Shown piece after piece: positions 11,583 through 23,420 of a DNA stretch of 64,000 nucleotides; positions within the stretch are counted from its first letter, which is position 1; every line of letters begins with the position of its first letter. The stretch is from Podarcis liolepis (taxonomy: Eukaryota): the NCBI GenBank assembly GCA_965112155.1, contig OZ218104.1. One strand, 5' to 3'. The position numbers and the translations under genes were made by a program. A model generated the notes under the pieces. The model saw nothing but the letters and a program-made list of their open reading frames with translations, searched no databases and was not told the origin of the DNA.

Positions 11583-11802
11583 NNNNNNNNNNNNNNNNNN
11601 NNNNNNNNNNNNNNNNNNNNNNNNNNNNNNNNNNNNNNNNNNNNNNNNNNNNNNNNNNNNNNNNNNNNNNNNNNNNNNNNNNNNNNNNNNNNNNNNNNNN
11701 NNNNNNNNNNNNNNNNNNNNNNNNNNNNNNNNNNNNNNNNNNNNNNNNNNNNNNNNNNNNNNNNNNNNNNNNNNNNNNNNNNNNNNNNNNNNNNNNNNNN
11801 NN
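11583..11802. other. Assembly gap (N run, 220 nt)
   Basis: Run of N. Confidence 0.99.
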
Positions 11803-13179
11803 GAGGTGTGAGTGTGGGGTGCACATTCCATGAGGAACAACTTCCAATTTCGCCTTGAACCCACAAGTGACATCTTTAGGAAATGGGTGTCTCTGGGCAG
11901 CATTGAAACACCTTCCTCATTCTCTCCCTCTCTCTCTGCAGATCATGGATTTCCCAGCAGACCCTGAGGTCACCATCACTTTCATGAAGGTCGTCTCCTT
12001 TAGTTGGAGTTGATGTCCCATGGATGTACAACACTGCAAGTAGCCCACCTCCCAAGAGGCTGACTATTCTCACTTTGGGCAAGAGTCTGGTCCTGTCACA
12101 AACCACATATGTGCGCCATCCTTACAACTACCTTGCAAGGTACACTACTACACCTTGACTCATCTTGGAATTTGGATGGTGAGGATAGGAATCAGAACAT
12201 AACTTATTTTCCCCAAGCTTACCCCTGAGATTTGAACCCTGTTGGGCTTCCAATTACTTTGTTGGGAGCACAATGGGGTCCAAATGCCTCTCAAGTCTCT
12301 GTGAGCTCCCCACCACCAGCAGCCAAACAATGCCCTTTTCTGCTTTCCTGGCAGTAGCAGCAGTTGGGGGGGGGTGTCTCCCTGGCCCTCTCTGTAAGCT
12401 CTTACTCTCTCTCAGGCACCTTGAACATGGTAATGACACTTTCCCAGGAGCCAGGGGCATGACACTTTTGCAAGGCCCCTATGGGGTCTGTTTGCTTCAT
12501 TAAGCTGTTTGCTTCATTAAGCAGCTGAGCATCACTCAGGTAATTGCGAACTTTGGCAACATCTCAACAATCTGAAGGAAAAGAAACAGGCCCTGAGTAA
12601 ACAGTAGCCAAGAAAAGGTGACTGTAAGTGGCTGGAGGAGAGGCACGCACAGCAGTAGCACCACCCCAGGGTTCAGTTCCCCACCCCCATGGCTGACTGA
12701 GAATTCTGCCCACCAGCGAAGCCAGGGAGCTCCCCCATCCCAGGCCAGGCATGAAAGGATACATCAAGGGAGAATCCATAGGGAGCCCAGCAAGATAAAG
12801 TGGCAGGACACAACAACCACCCCCATTTCCTATGAGGGCTAGCTCTTCTCCATAATGTTCCAGCCATAGAGGGTACCAGTCTTTGCTGAATGCAGGATTC
12901 CATGGTGCTCAACAGAACAGTCACAAGAGGTCTGTGTGGTCTCCTTTATTTTTGTTGTTGCAAATCTCTCTACCGCTGCACACGCCAGGGGTATGCAAAG
13001 CCTGAAGTCTTACAGAGACAGACAAGCACACTTTGTTTCTCTGATATGTGCACAGCCTCCTGATTGCTTGCTGGGATTTTCACAACTATGTGCACAGCAG
13101 TCATCTTATGAGAAGGCCTCTACAAACAGTCAAGGAAGAGAGGTCTAATACTGGATATTAGACATCACTCAGGATGGCT

Positions 13180-13295
13180 CTATGGAACCCCCAAAGTCAG
13201 AGGAAGCCTACCCTCTGAATACCAAATATTGTGGGGCAACCACCAGGAAAGACACTCCCCCCCCACCTTGCTTGTGAGCTTTCTGGCTGGTCTGA
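13180..13295 (+). mobile_element. CR1 3' UTR fragment
   Basis: gatggctctatg...agaggaagcctaccctctgaatacca...ccttgcttgtgagctttc, complementary to the 247-425 copy. Confidence 0.55.
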
Positions 13296-14354
13296 AGGGC
13301 TTCCTTGTGGTACATGGACATGTTCCAGCCAACATGTCCTGAACTATATCCATGTTGCTCTGAGAATTCAGACACTTCTCCTCCTCCTCAATGAACTTTC
13401 TCTGTGCTCAGGTGCCATCACATTCCTCATGCAAAAGGTACCAAAGAGGCTCCTGACATGCTTTGAACTCCCCCAAGGCGAGGCATCCTTGAGGGGCAAG
13501 CTGCACAGCCAGCAACAGCAGGCGCTAATTAGCCCAGATGTTCGATTGACTTGTTTTGTGTGTGTGGCTTTTCTTTTTTTCCCTGGGTGTCTCATTTGCA
13601 GGATGTTCAATCACCTTCCCCTCTCTCTGATTCTGCAGTTGTGTGTGTTTCTATGTGACTGTCGGGTCTCAACACCTGTCAAACAGTGCCACAGTAAATT
13701 GGACGTGTCAGCCCCAAGGTGCTGGTGCCAAGGTGCGAATTAGACACAGTCTCTTGCAGCTGTTCTTCTGACCTCCTACTCTATTAGCGGGACATCTGTA
13801 GATGTCCAATCAAGGAAGAACCGGACCTGCAGCCTGTTCCCATTGATGCCAAGGAAGCAGGAGAGGGCGGGGGGCAAGGAGGCAGATTGCAAGGGGAGGC
13901 CGGGTGGCAAACGCAGGCCAAGTGTCTTGAGGCACCTTCGTGGCTCACCTTGGATTTCTGGAAGGCATCCTGGATGAGGAGGCTGTTCTGGGCTGGGCTG
14001 TAAGCCTTTTTGTGCAGCCCTGAGACAAGACCATGTGTATGTGTGTGCAGATGGAGCAGGGGTGGGGAGGCCTGAACTTCTTTCTGGCCATCAGAAGCGC
14101 AGTTTGATTTTTTTCACCATGAAAAGGAATGACCTGCTCTGTGAGCTAGGCACATCCACTCTGGATCTTTCTCCCTTTTCCAATTAGCTGTTCTCGAAAA
14201 AGTGGGTGCCGATACTGATTGCCCTTAAGTGACACCCAGCAAAGGCCCCCTTGACTCTCAGCCAAATGCCCACCTGGGCCTTGGGACCTAGTGAATGTAG
14301 GGAGCTGCCCCACACCGAATCAGACCACCACTCCAGCTAGCTCAGACTTCTCCA

Positions 14355-14462
14355 CAGCTGGAGGGGTAGGGTGCCTTTTTCATCTTGGGGGCCACGTTCC
14401 CTTATGGGTCACAGTCCATGGACCAATGGCCAGATGCAAAAGTAGGCAGAGCAATGGACATG
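14355..14462. mobile_element. hAT MITE fragment
   Basis: ggggtagggtgcctttttcatcttgggggccacgttcccttatggg resembles a Charlie-like MITE left end. Confidence 0.5.
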
Positions 14463-14467
14463 TCGTA

Positions 14468-14758
14468 CTATTTATTTATTTCATAAAGTTTACACACCAC
14501 TTGATTGTAAAAAGACCCTCAAAGTGGTTTATGAAAGATAAAATGGTAAAATCAAAACAAACTTTCAACCCTACTATAAAACATACATTGGTTAATATAT
14601 TAAAACAGATTAAAATTACCTTAACTTTCTAAGCAACTGGGCAGGCTTGTCTAATCAGGAATGGTTTTAGCCAGCGCCAAAAAGGGTACAGTGAAGGTGC
14701 TTGCTTGATCTCAATAGGCAGGGAGTTCCAAAGTGTAGGCATTGCCATACTAAATGAT
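14468..14758 (-). mobile_element. L2 LINE 3' fragment
   Basis: (TATT)n tail, then ...ttttagccagcgccaaaaag...ggcagggagttccaaagtgtagg (reverse of the L2 PTLWNSLP motif). Confidence 0.8.
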
Positions 14759-15074
14759 GCAGAATGGGAATTATGTGACACCTTCAGTAGTGCCAAGTCT
14801 GGTTGAGTGGGTGCATGTAGGGTACGGAGATCTCATAGGCAAACTGGTCCCAATACATGACTCTTGTCTTTGTACAATGGATGCTATTCCGGCTACACCA
14901 AGGTTTCTACACTCACCTCCCCATCCAGGCAATACGCAGGAGGCAGCATTGCAGTCCAAGGACACAACTGAAGCCAGGCAAAAGTACCGGTACTCAAGGA
15001 GGGTGTGGAGGAGGGCAGGGGTGTGGCCTGGAGAATGGGGCATGGCCTGAGGAAAATCCCACTTCTGCTGCCCA

Positions 15075-15152
15075 GAGGTGCTGTTTGGGGCTGAGGTCCA
15101 GAGCTTTTGCATGCAAGGCATATGCACTGCCACTGAGCTAAAGCCTCCCCTT
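15075..15152 (-). mobile_element. Squam2-type SINE head fragment
   Basis: Reverse complement aaggggaggctttagctcagtggcagtgcatatgccttgcatgcaaaag matches the tRNA-like head. Confidence 0.65.
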
Positions 15153-15799
15153 CTCTGCAAGAGTTTCCATCAGCTCTAGAGGAACCACTGCCTTGGCCAG
15201 AAAGGGGTTGGGGTCACCTTTCCATGTACCTGCCTCGTAGTTGCAGTGGGGAAAAGATCCTTCAGCTAAAGTAAAGGTCTGTTGGGAAGTGCCGCCCAAG
15301 CCCTTCCTTCTCTCTCTGCTGATTAAAGCCGAGCAGAGCCTGTGGCTCCCTCTCTACAGCGCTGTCTGATCTCACGTAAGAAGTTACAATAGTTTAAAGT
15401 CTTATCAGATCTACCAAACCCAACGGTGCCTTTTTTGTTTTTTGTTTAAAGTCGGCAAAAGTCTTAAAACTAACACACCAAAACATAGAAGTAGCGTCTA
15501 GTTTTTCATGTTGAAAGTGAGACATTTCCCTCTTATGGGTGACACGTTCATTGCTAATTACACAATTAGTTTATTATGCAGCACTTACCGAAAATAACAG
15601 ATTTTGAAGTGTGAAGAAATGTCTACCAAATAATAGAATCATTCTGATACCATGAATAAATGTAGCCACTGTTTTCCTTTAAGCTGGAATTTGCTGAATG
15701 GAACTGAAGCCAAAAGCATTTTCAGAGTCCAAGGGAAGTTGCTGGGAAATACAGGAGCAAAATGGAGGGAGTAAAAGTTTCTCTTTGGTTTTTCACAAC

Positions 15800-16170
15800 T
15801 AGGGATGGGTGAAACTGTTGATGTCTCTATTTCTCATTTTAAGTTCAGTTCCCCATATTTCCATATCAGTGTGGATTAAAAAACAATAATCATTGGCATT
15901 TTTGTGTGCAAGTCTTCTAATATACACATTTTTTGAAAACCAATTTCCCCTAATATAAATCATTTTGGTGTGTTATCTTCCTCAGTCTATGTATTTATGC
16001 ATGCCTGACTCTAATATATGCATTTTTGGCTGGAGAAATACATTACATTTTTTGACAAATGTGAATTTACAAGGATAGTTATGTCTAAATTCACAACTAA
16101 TTGTAGAAATAGCAAATTAGGTAAGTTTGCCTTTAAATGCAAACAAATTGCTATGGGTTCATTTAGAAAT
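15800..16170 (+). mobile_element. Degraded AT-rich non-autonomous hAT-like element
   Basis: Starts tagggatgggtga (hAT-type terminus), with internal ctaatatacacattttt/ctaatatatgcattttt subrepeats. Confidence 0.6.
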
Positions 16171-16812
16171 GAATGCAAGGAAAGCGCAATTAATTCACTG
16201 TCTTTTTTTTAAGTCAAGAAGCTTGAATGCGGAAGAGTAGGCATTTCTACCTTTTCTAACCACCATTTCCAGTCATTCCTTTAAACATTTCACAGGCCCA
16301 TTTCATTTTGCAAAGTTGCTGGTTTCTCCTTAGGACCAACTAATATTTGCACAGACGCACCGCAAGGTCCATAATGATTTCCATAAGTGGGAATGGGCAC
16401 ACAGTCACACTTTAACAATGCACACAATCTCTGAATACAAGGATGTATAGGAAGAGGACTGATTACAACCTTGCTCCTTTAAGAAAAGGGAAAATGTATT
16501 ATTCCTGAAAGCTTATTTCTGTAATAAAAAGTTATTTTCCAGCCAAAAGCAAACCATTGCTAGCTAAAGAAAGGGCTGGGGATGAGGGTTGACATGCTTG
16601 GCATGCTCAGTGTTTCCTCAGTTACTGAGATGGTAGAAGGAGAGAAGCCTCTGTTTAGGGATGATGATGAGAATCCACGCTACACAACCACACACATACA
16701 ACACACATGGGAGGACTTTGTCAGAAAACATCATACATGACAAAATGGCCCCCACATAAAATGTTTTTAATGTTTGATGTTTTATTGTCTTTGTATATTT
16801 AGCGGCATACTA

Positions 16813-16864
<52 letters not shown>
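16813..16864. repeat. (TAT)n microsatellite, about 17 units
   Basis: Direct reading; explains the poly-Tyr ORF 16774-17016. Confidence 0.95.
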
Positions 16865-17573
16865 TGCAGAACCACATGGCCAAAAGAAGGAGGGTGTCTT
16901 CCAGGCTCTCTTTGCAGAGCAGCCTGGACCTCTGTGCAAATTATTGTCCCTTCAGCCAGCTAGTGAGAAGGCTGGATGCAGGCAAGGCTGCCTGGAGTGG
17001 GAAGAGAAGGAAGTAATTCTGCCCAAGGGGCTTAGGCATTCTTCAGGGATATTGTTAGTTTTAATTGTGCTGAGTTCACTCACCTTTGCGACATAAAACA
17101 TTTTTATTTATGTCGTGCTTTAGCTGAGCCCTGCGCTTTGCAGACCTTCCCCTACCCTCAGTCTCTGGCATTTCTATTCCCGGGAAGTTATAGCCCTAAT
17201 CTTGGGCTGGCCAAAGGCCAGAGGGGCACCACATAGGGAGGCAGGAGGAGCCTGGGAACGGTCACTGTAGCTAATGCCCACCTTTAAAATATTCCCTGGA
17301 AATCTGGGGGGGAGAAGCAGAAAAGGTTTTGAAGCAATGGATCATAATACATAGATATAGGATAGGGGAGTGTGCAGGGGGAAAGAAAGATGAGGGAGAG
17401 CCTCACAGTCAGGCCAGGATAACAGGATGGGGGGAGGCTTTGCACATGAAGGACATAAAAGGGGGTTGTGCTGGCGAATAAACACAGAGGCAGAGGCAGC
17501 CATGCTGAGACTAGAAGAAAAGATTGAGGAGCTTCCCCCCCCCCCAACATGGTTGGTCTGTTGGTACCTGGAC

Positions 17574-17889
17574 CAGAGGTGAATTTAGGGGAATGCGGCT
17601 GATTTGCCTGCACTTTTTAAGCTGGGAGGGTTCTGCAACCAGGGCTTTTTTCAGCTGGAACTCACTGGAATTCAGTTCCAGAGCCTCACAGGTGGGTTCT
17701 GGCACCTCTCTGGTAGGCACCATTGCCATTCTAAAAGAATGAGGGAGGTGTTCATAGTGAGTTATTTTTCTATAAAAATAGCACTGACTGTAACAATGAC
17801 AAACAACAGAAGGCGAGAGGCAGGGGTGTACTGAATTTTGGCATCACACAGGGTGCCACTGAAATTGTAAAGTCCAAAGTCTGCCACTG
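17574..17889. mobile_element. Older hAT-like MITE (outer element of a nest)
   Basis: Imperfect TIRs cagaggtgaattt ... aaagtctgccactg; no TSD seen. Confidence 0.5.
17640..17786. mobile_element. hAT (Tip100-like) MITE nested in the outer element
   Basis: TIRs cagggcttttttc / aaaaatagcactg; degenerate 8-bp TSD TCTGCAAC vs ACTGTAAC (6/8). Confidence 0.75.
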
Positions 17890-17949
17890 CCAGAAAGGAC
17901 TCTGGCAACTCCCTGCTGGGTATCACCAGGGTGGCCCCTTTGTGCCCGG

Positions 17950-18070
17950 GGCTGCATAAACACACACTCCCAAAGGAATTCTGGGAACTATAGTTTAGCC
18001 CTTACAGAGCTACAATACCACCTAGCAGTCTTAACAAACTGAAGTTCCTATAATCCTTGTGGGAGGGAGG
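17950..18070. mobile_element. Palindromic MITE fragment (7051 family)
   Basis: ttctgggaactatagtttagcccttacagagctacaat...cttaacaaactgaagttcc. Confidence 0.65.
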
Positions 18071-18414
18071 AGTGTACCCAAGCTTGGCCCAGCATGGGAT
18101 TCACAACTATCTCTTTATTTAAAAAGCAGATTTCCATGAGGCATAACAGGGCAGAGTTGAATCACTTCAGCAGCACATGCACTAAAATCAGAAGGATACA
18201 GAGACCACAGCCCCTGCACAAGGAAGGCATGCAAACTCATTAAATGTTCCTTTAGGGTGGGGGTAATGTAAAAATGTAAAATGAATAACTCTCTCTCTCT
18301 CAAACACACACAGACACACACCCCATAATGGACACCCCTTTTGGAGACTCCCATATGGTCAGCTGTGGTCCTTTCCTCATAGAATTGCTGTTGCTGTTTG
18401 CCATAGATGACTCC

Positions 18415-18500
18415 ACTATCTTCACAACTACCCTGAGGCAGGGTGATAAAGTTACCCAGCATAGCCCACCCAAGGTGCTTGCAGCTAAGCTGGTAGCTCA
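18415..18500 (-). mobile_element. MIR-like/Squam3-type SINE fragment
   Basis: atcttcacaactaccctgaggcaggg...cccaaggt...cagctaagc; similar relics at about 12115, 20235 and 21865. Confidence 0.45.
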
Positions 18501-19224
18501 GCCTGATTCCTCTTCCATTGTGCATTGCAGTGGCCCTCTGGAGCAGGCCCCCTTCCTGATCCCATAGTCCCCAGAGGATTTTTTGCATCTGGCCAGACCT
18601 GGAGTGGGGGCAGAGGAGAAAGAACGGGATTCTAGTGCACATCCCAGGGAAAGTTGGCCTTGAAAGAGAGCCCTAAAGGAGTCCTGTAGCTGCCTTAGAG
18701 ACAATTCCAAGCAGCTTCAAAATACTTCTGTAACTCAAAAGGTAACAAAGGTATTCGGTGAGAACAGTGGAAAATCCATTATTTCTGATTTTCGAGCAGC
18801 TCACATTTCTTGTCCTTTAAATGCACCACCTCCCCCATTTCTCCCCCATAGCAGTAATTCAGACCTATGGGTAGGGGGAGAAGAAACCTCATTAAGAAGC
18901 TCCCCCAAAAGAGGGCTCAATGAGGTCTCATTTCATCATAATGAGCTCCAATTGAACACGATCATTATTTCTGACATTAAAGTCCTCTGAATCATGTCAC
19001 ACGCCTGGGGGCTATTTTCTTCGTTGCCCTCTAATGCTAGAAATAACAAGCCACCGTTAAGGGACAGGGAATCTGTGGCAATAAAATTCCATCAAAATGG
19101 GAATTTTACTCCTGGCAGACTGGCTGCGATCCAGTCAAAGTTTGCTGAGGCAGGTGGTCTGTCCTCGCTTTCTGTGGTTGGTCCCTGTCCCTCCCTCCCA
19201 ACCTGTGAGGCGGCTGGTGTGATA

Positions 19225-19256
<32 letters not shown>

Positions 19257-20312
19257 GGGGAAAACAAGGCTTCATTACCTTCCCATTGCCAACATAGTGG
19301 TGATTAAGTAAGCTTACAACAGATTTGATTTGTTGTAAGCCAATTAGCTCCCTTGTTGTTAACCAATTAATCGGATGTCCAGAGTAAACATTAAGCATCC
19401 GCTTCGACTGTCCCTGGAAAATCTCTGTGCCTCCTTTGTCCCTTGGAGAGATTCAGGGTTTGCCTTGTTAAAATGCCTGTCAATGTCCCCTTCCTTAGGT
19501 TTCATCCCCCCCCCCACTTTCTCTGGCTCTCTGGCAGGGGTGGGAGTCATGTGGCCGGATTCATCTCTTGACTAGAGTGCACAGGTATGTAAAGGCAAGT
19601 CCCAAATGCTGGCAAGTGGTTCCTTTTCTCTCTCTCTCTCTCTCTCCCCCTCCCACAATAACTGCCTATTCAGATAGCAAATGTAGCTAAACATGTTTGA
19701 GTTACAGAGTAAATGAACAGCAGAACATCAATAGATCTGCTTAGATAAGGGATTCTCAAACTGTGTTATAGTGAGCCTCATTCCCCAGAGATGCTCTTGC
19801 TAAAACAGGCTGCAGAACAAGAAGAACCTCAGAGACGTTGTTCACGAGAGTGCAGGGATTTGGTGCTACATAAGCCAGGGTTGTGGCACCATAGGTGGGT
19901 CCTGCTCTCCCATTTGGACCCACAGAGATGAGCAGGGGATCAACACATTCCCTGCATATTAGAGCAGGGTTAGCCAATGTGCTGCCCTCCAGATGTTGTG
20001 GAACTGCCTCTGCATAGAAGTCAAGTATCAATACAGAGTCCACACCTGAACCCAAGAACTATGGCCCTTCTTTATACCATCAGTGACAGCCATCCTCCCC
20101 GCCAGTCCCTCACTTGCTCCCATCTGGAAAATATTATATTTTAAGTCATTTGGCTAAAATACTGGAAAGAACCAAAAATCTGTTGGATTATTACAGATCT
20201 TTGCATACTACTCTTCTTTCTTCAAGGGTCCACACAGACAACCCTGTGAGGTAGGTTAGGCTGGGAGAGAGTGGCTGTCCTCCAGGGGTGCTTAATGGGA
20301 GAATGATCATTT

Positions 20313-20479
20313 GGCCTGCATACACGCTATACATTAAAAGCACATGCCTGCCCCCCAAATCCTGGGACCTATTGTTTGTTAAGGGTGCTGGGAATTGTAG
20401 CTCCAAGAGGGGTAAACTGCAGTTCCCAGGGTTCTTTGGGGGAATTCATGTGCTTAAAATGTATGGAATGTACACAGTC
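20313..20479. mobile_element. Palindromic MITE (7051 family, opposite orientation)
   Basis: tacacgctatacattaaaagcacatg...aagggtgctgggaattgtagctc...catgtgcttaaaatgtatggaatgtacacag. Confidence 0.8.
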
Positions 20480-23420
20480 TCAGAGTCACTCAGGCTCCTC
20501 GTCACCCTAAGCCCAGCCCTCTAGCCAGCCACTATTCCACACTGGCTCCCCAGGATGGTGGGTGCAATGCATTCATTCTGTGTTCAGCAACATCTCAGAT
20601 CATACAAAAAATGCAGCCGTGGTGCCATCTCAGACCTCCTATGAGAACCTGTCCAACTACTCCAGGCCCCAATTCTGCAGAGGTCCAGTCATGTCCTTCC
20701 CAGAATATGGCTGAGGTGGGCTCAGTATTTTGGTAGAACAGAGCGGGAAGCATCTCTGCTTATTAGATGGAGTCTACCCCATCACTGTCTCTCCCTCACC
20801 GTCCTCCTCCTTGCCTGCTATCTAACCTCTTCCGAATTATGTCAGCCGCTTTGATTTCATTGACTCTGAAATGCATTTTCATAAAGGTGCAAATGGGTTG
20901 ATTAGTTTATTCAGGGGTATTGACAAGCTGTAACGTGCTGGAGCAGCGAGTCCATCTCCTGCCACGCTTGAGGAGGCAGTGGCTACCCCACTGCAGTGAC
21001 ATAAGCAGGAATCAAAAGTGCCTGCCTCCCTCCATGAATGAGTGAGGACACATTCATTGCTCTGACTTTTGTAGGATTCTGCTCTCTGGATGTGGCCACC
21101 AATAAGTGAGCTATCGATGGTGTGGGGGAAGGAGGAGTGGGAAGGAGGAGCCCTGGGATCAGTCAGAGGAGAAGGAGGAGGAGAAGTTTAGCTGGGCCCC
21201 CTCTCACCTGCCCATTCCATCACCAGCAGCCAGCCAACCAATCCGGGATGCATGTAGGATTTTAGATCTCAGCACCAGGTCAGAAATTCCTCATGACCGG
21301 ATCTTATCTTGAGATTGCACTGTCCCTCATCCATGGGAAATGGTGGGCAGCTCCCTGAGGCCCACAGCCTTGGCAAAAGTTACAGGTTAGAAGGAAGCTA
21401 GGGGAGAAGCAAATGGGGTGCTCCTACTGCATCAGAATCGGGGGGGGTGTGCCTTTGACTTGGCTTTGACCTGGAAACCTCAGCAGGTGAGAGAGCAGTC
21501 TACTGCTGGCAGGGTGGCAGTGAAGGTTTATGGCCCAGCAGGGGACAAGGGGGGCACCTGATTTCACCACTCATCAGCTGGAGTGTGGAACCACCTGTTT
21601 GCCATGCCACATTCTGGGTACAACCCAGAAAAGGAGCCCCCACCCACCTACCCAGAGCCACAACCTTGCCTCATTCTGCGCCAGGGGCAGGAAGCGCAGC
21701 CTGACAAGTGCCCTCGAAAATCACAGCTCCATTTGCATATGCAAAACAACTTGTGACTGATTCCCTCCAGGGATGCTAAGTGGCATCCATATGGCAGCAG
21801 GCGACTCCTGCCACATTCGGTATTAATCTCCCTCGTTTAGAGAGTGTTTTGTGATCATTATCTCATTAATCCCCCACAACATCCCTGCCAGGCAAGTAGG
21901 TCAGCTCCCTCCTGCCCACTTTACATGGGGCGGTGGGGAGGAGGGAAGGAGGCAGAAGCCGCCGTGAGGGAACAATGACTCATGCCAGGGAAATCAGCCC
22001 ACGGATGAATGAGCTGGACTTGGATTCCAGGCCTCTGCTCCACTGAGGCCCATTTGCAGTGGCTCTTGCCTTAGAGCAGACTGAAGATGGGCCAACACCA
22101 CAGGGCAGGCAGATGGGGTGCCCTTCCAGATTGGGCTCAGGAAGAGTCTCTGCTTCTGGGGACCCTTCATTAGACTTGCCACCTGTGTGAGGGTGAGCAC
22201 CTGTCCACCTCTTGCATGCTTCCGCCCTTTGCTTTCCACACGTGCGTTCCCTGTGCAAGTCCTCAGGAAACAGGCTATGTGCGTGTGCATGTGATTGATT
22301 GATTATGGGGGCATGCCAAGTGCTGAATGAGCCTTTCCAGAGAAAGGGGCCAATTGCTATCTTTCCCTCTAATTGGTGTGTTTGTGTGGAGTGAACAGGC
22401 AGCTCAGGCAGAAGAGGCTGCAGACAGGAGGGGGTGGGCTGCAGTTCTGTTGCCTGAGTTGGAGTTGGAGAGAAATGGTTAGTAACTCAGGCTGGTCCCT
22501 CAGGGGTTCATTAAGTGACTGGTCATCCACTATATCCTGTCACTTCTGACCTGGAAACATAAACACGAAGGAGGCCAGCTTTGCAATATGCATGTGCCTC
22601 TCCTCCCTCTGCTTGGCCCACAGTGTGGCTCCTAACAATGGGTGCACAGCATCAAAACCACATGCAAGGAATCATGGGTGGTGCTCTCCTGGCTCCCAGA
22701 GTTATTGCTGCACACCCTTCTCTGAGAACAGCCTCTTTGCTTTGCCACTAAAGGTGCCAGGGCGAAGAGGCAGGGAGCAGGTGCAAGAGGGAAAGAAGCA
22801 AAGGCCACAGAGGTGCTCTTCCAGAAGTCTGTGGCATCAACCAAGAGGGTCTCCCCCGGGGGCCCTAAGGGCCTGAGTCTGCCGTATGGGGCTGCCCCCC
22901 TGACACACACAGCTTGAACCAGAGATGCTGCCCAAAGGACATCTCCAACAGGCACTTGCTGAATGTAATCCCTGTGCTAGAGCATTTGCTAATCCCAGTG
23001 GGAAAGCCGAGTTCTTCATCCCACCTGCAGATGACACAGGATGGGAACCCCTTCTGAAATTACACTTGTGCTTGCTTGTGTTTTGTGCCCATGACTGGCT
23101 AATCCTGAACACAGCAGCAACAACACAGCACAGCTGACCATGCTCTTGGGCTCAGTTTCAGCTACACTCTCTTGGGACTCCCTGTTTGGTCTGTTAAAAA
23201 CAGCAACAGGTTGAGAGGGATTATTTGTCATCTTCCTCTACCCCCACCCCACTCTGGCCCACCCCGTCGCCACTCCCAGAGTTAAACGGTGCCTCTTCCC
23301 TTTCCGCCTCAGCTCTCTAGATTTTTTGTCAAGGACCTTAGAGCTAAGTTGCTCTGTGTTCCAGCCCTCTGGGAGTTCATTTTGCTGCTTCTAGATCCAG
23401 CAGGCCTGATCTGGCCAGAT

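Noticed and set aside
11942-11989. Possible exon after a pyrimidine tract (IMDFPADPEVTITFMK)
   Set aside because: Weak donor (AAG|GTCGTC), stop shortly after, peptide not recognised.
12488-12522. 17-nt tandem duplication CTGTTTGCTTCATTAAG (also a 20-nt near-duplicate at 1262-1304)
   Set aside because: Ordinary slippage duplications; two units only, no array.
21612-21630. Isolated 8-bp hairpin TTCTGGGT-aca-ACCCAGAA
   Set aside because: Several such stems are expected by chance in 64 kb.
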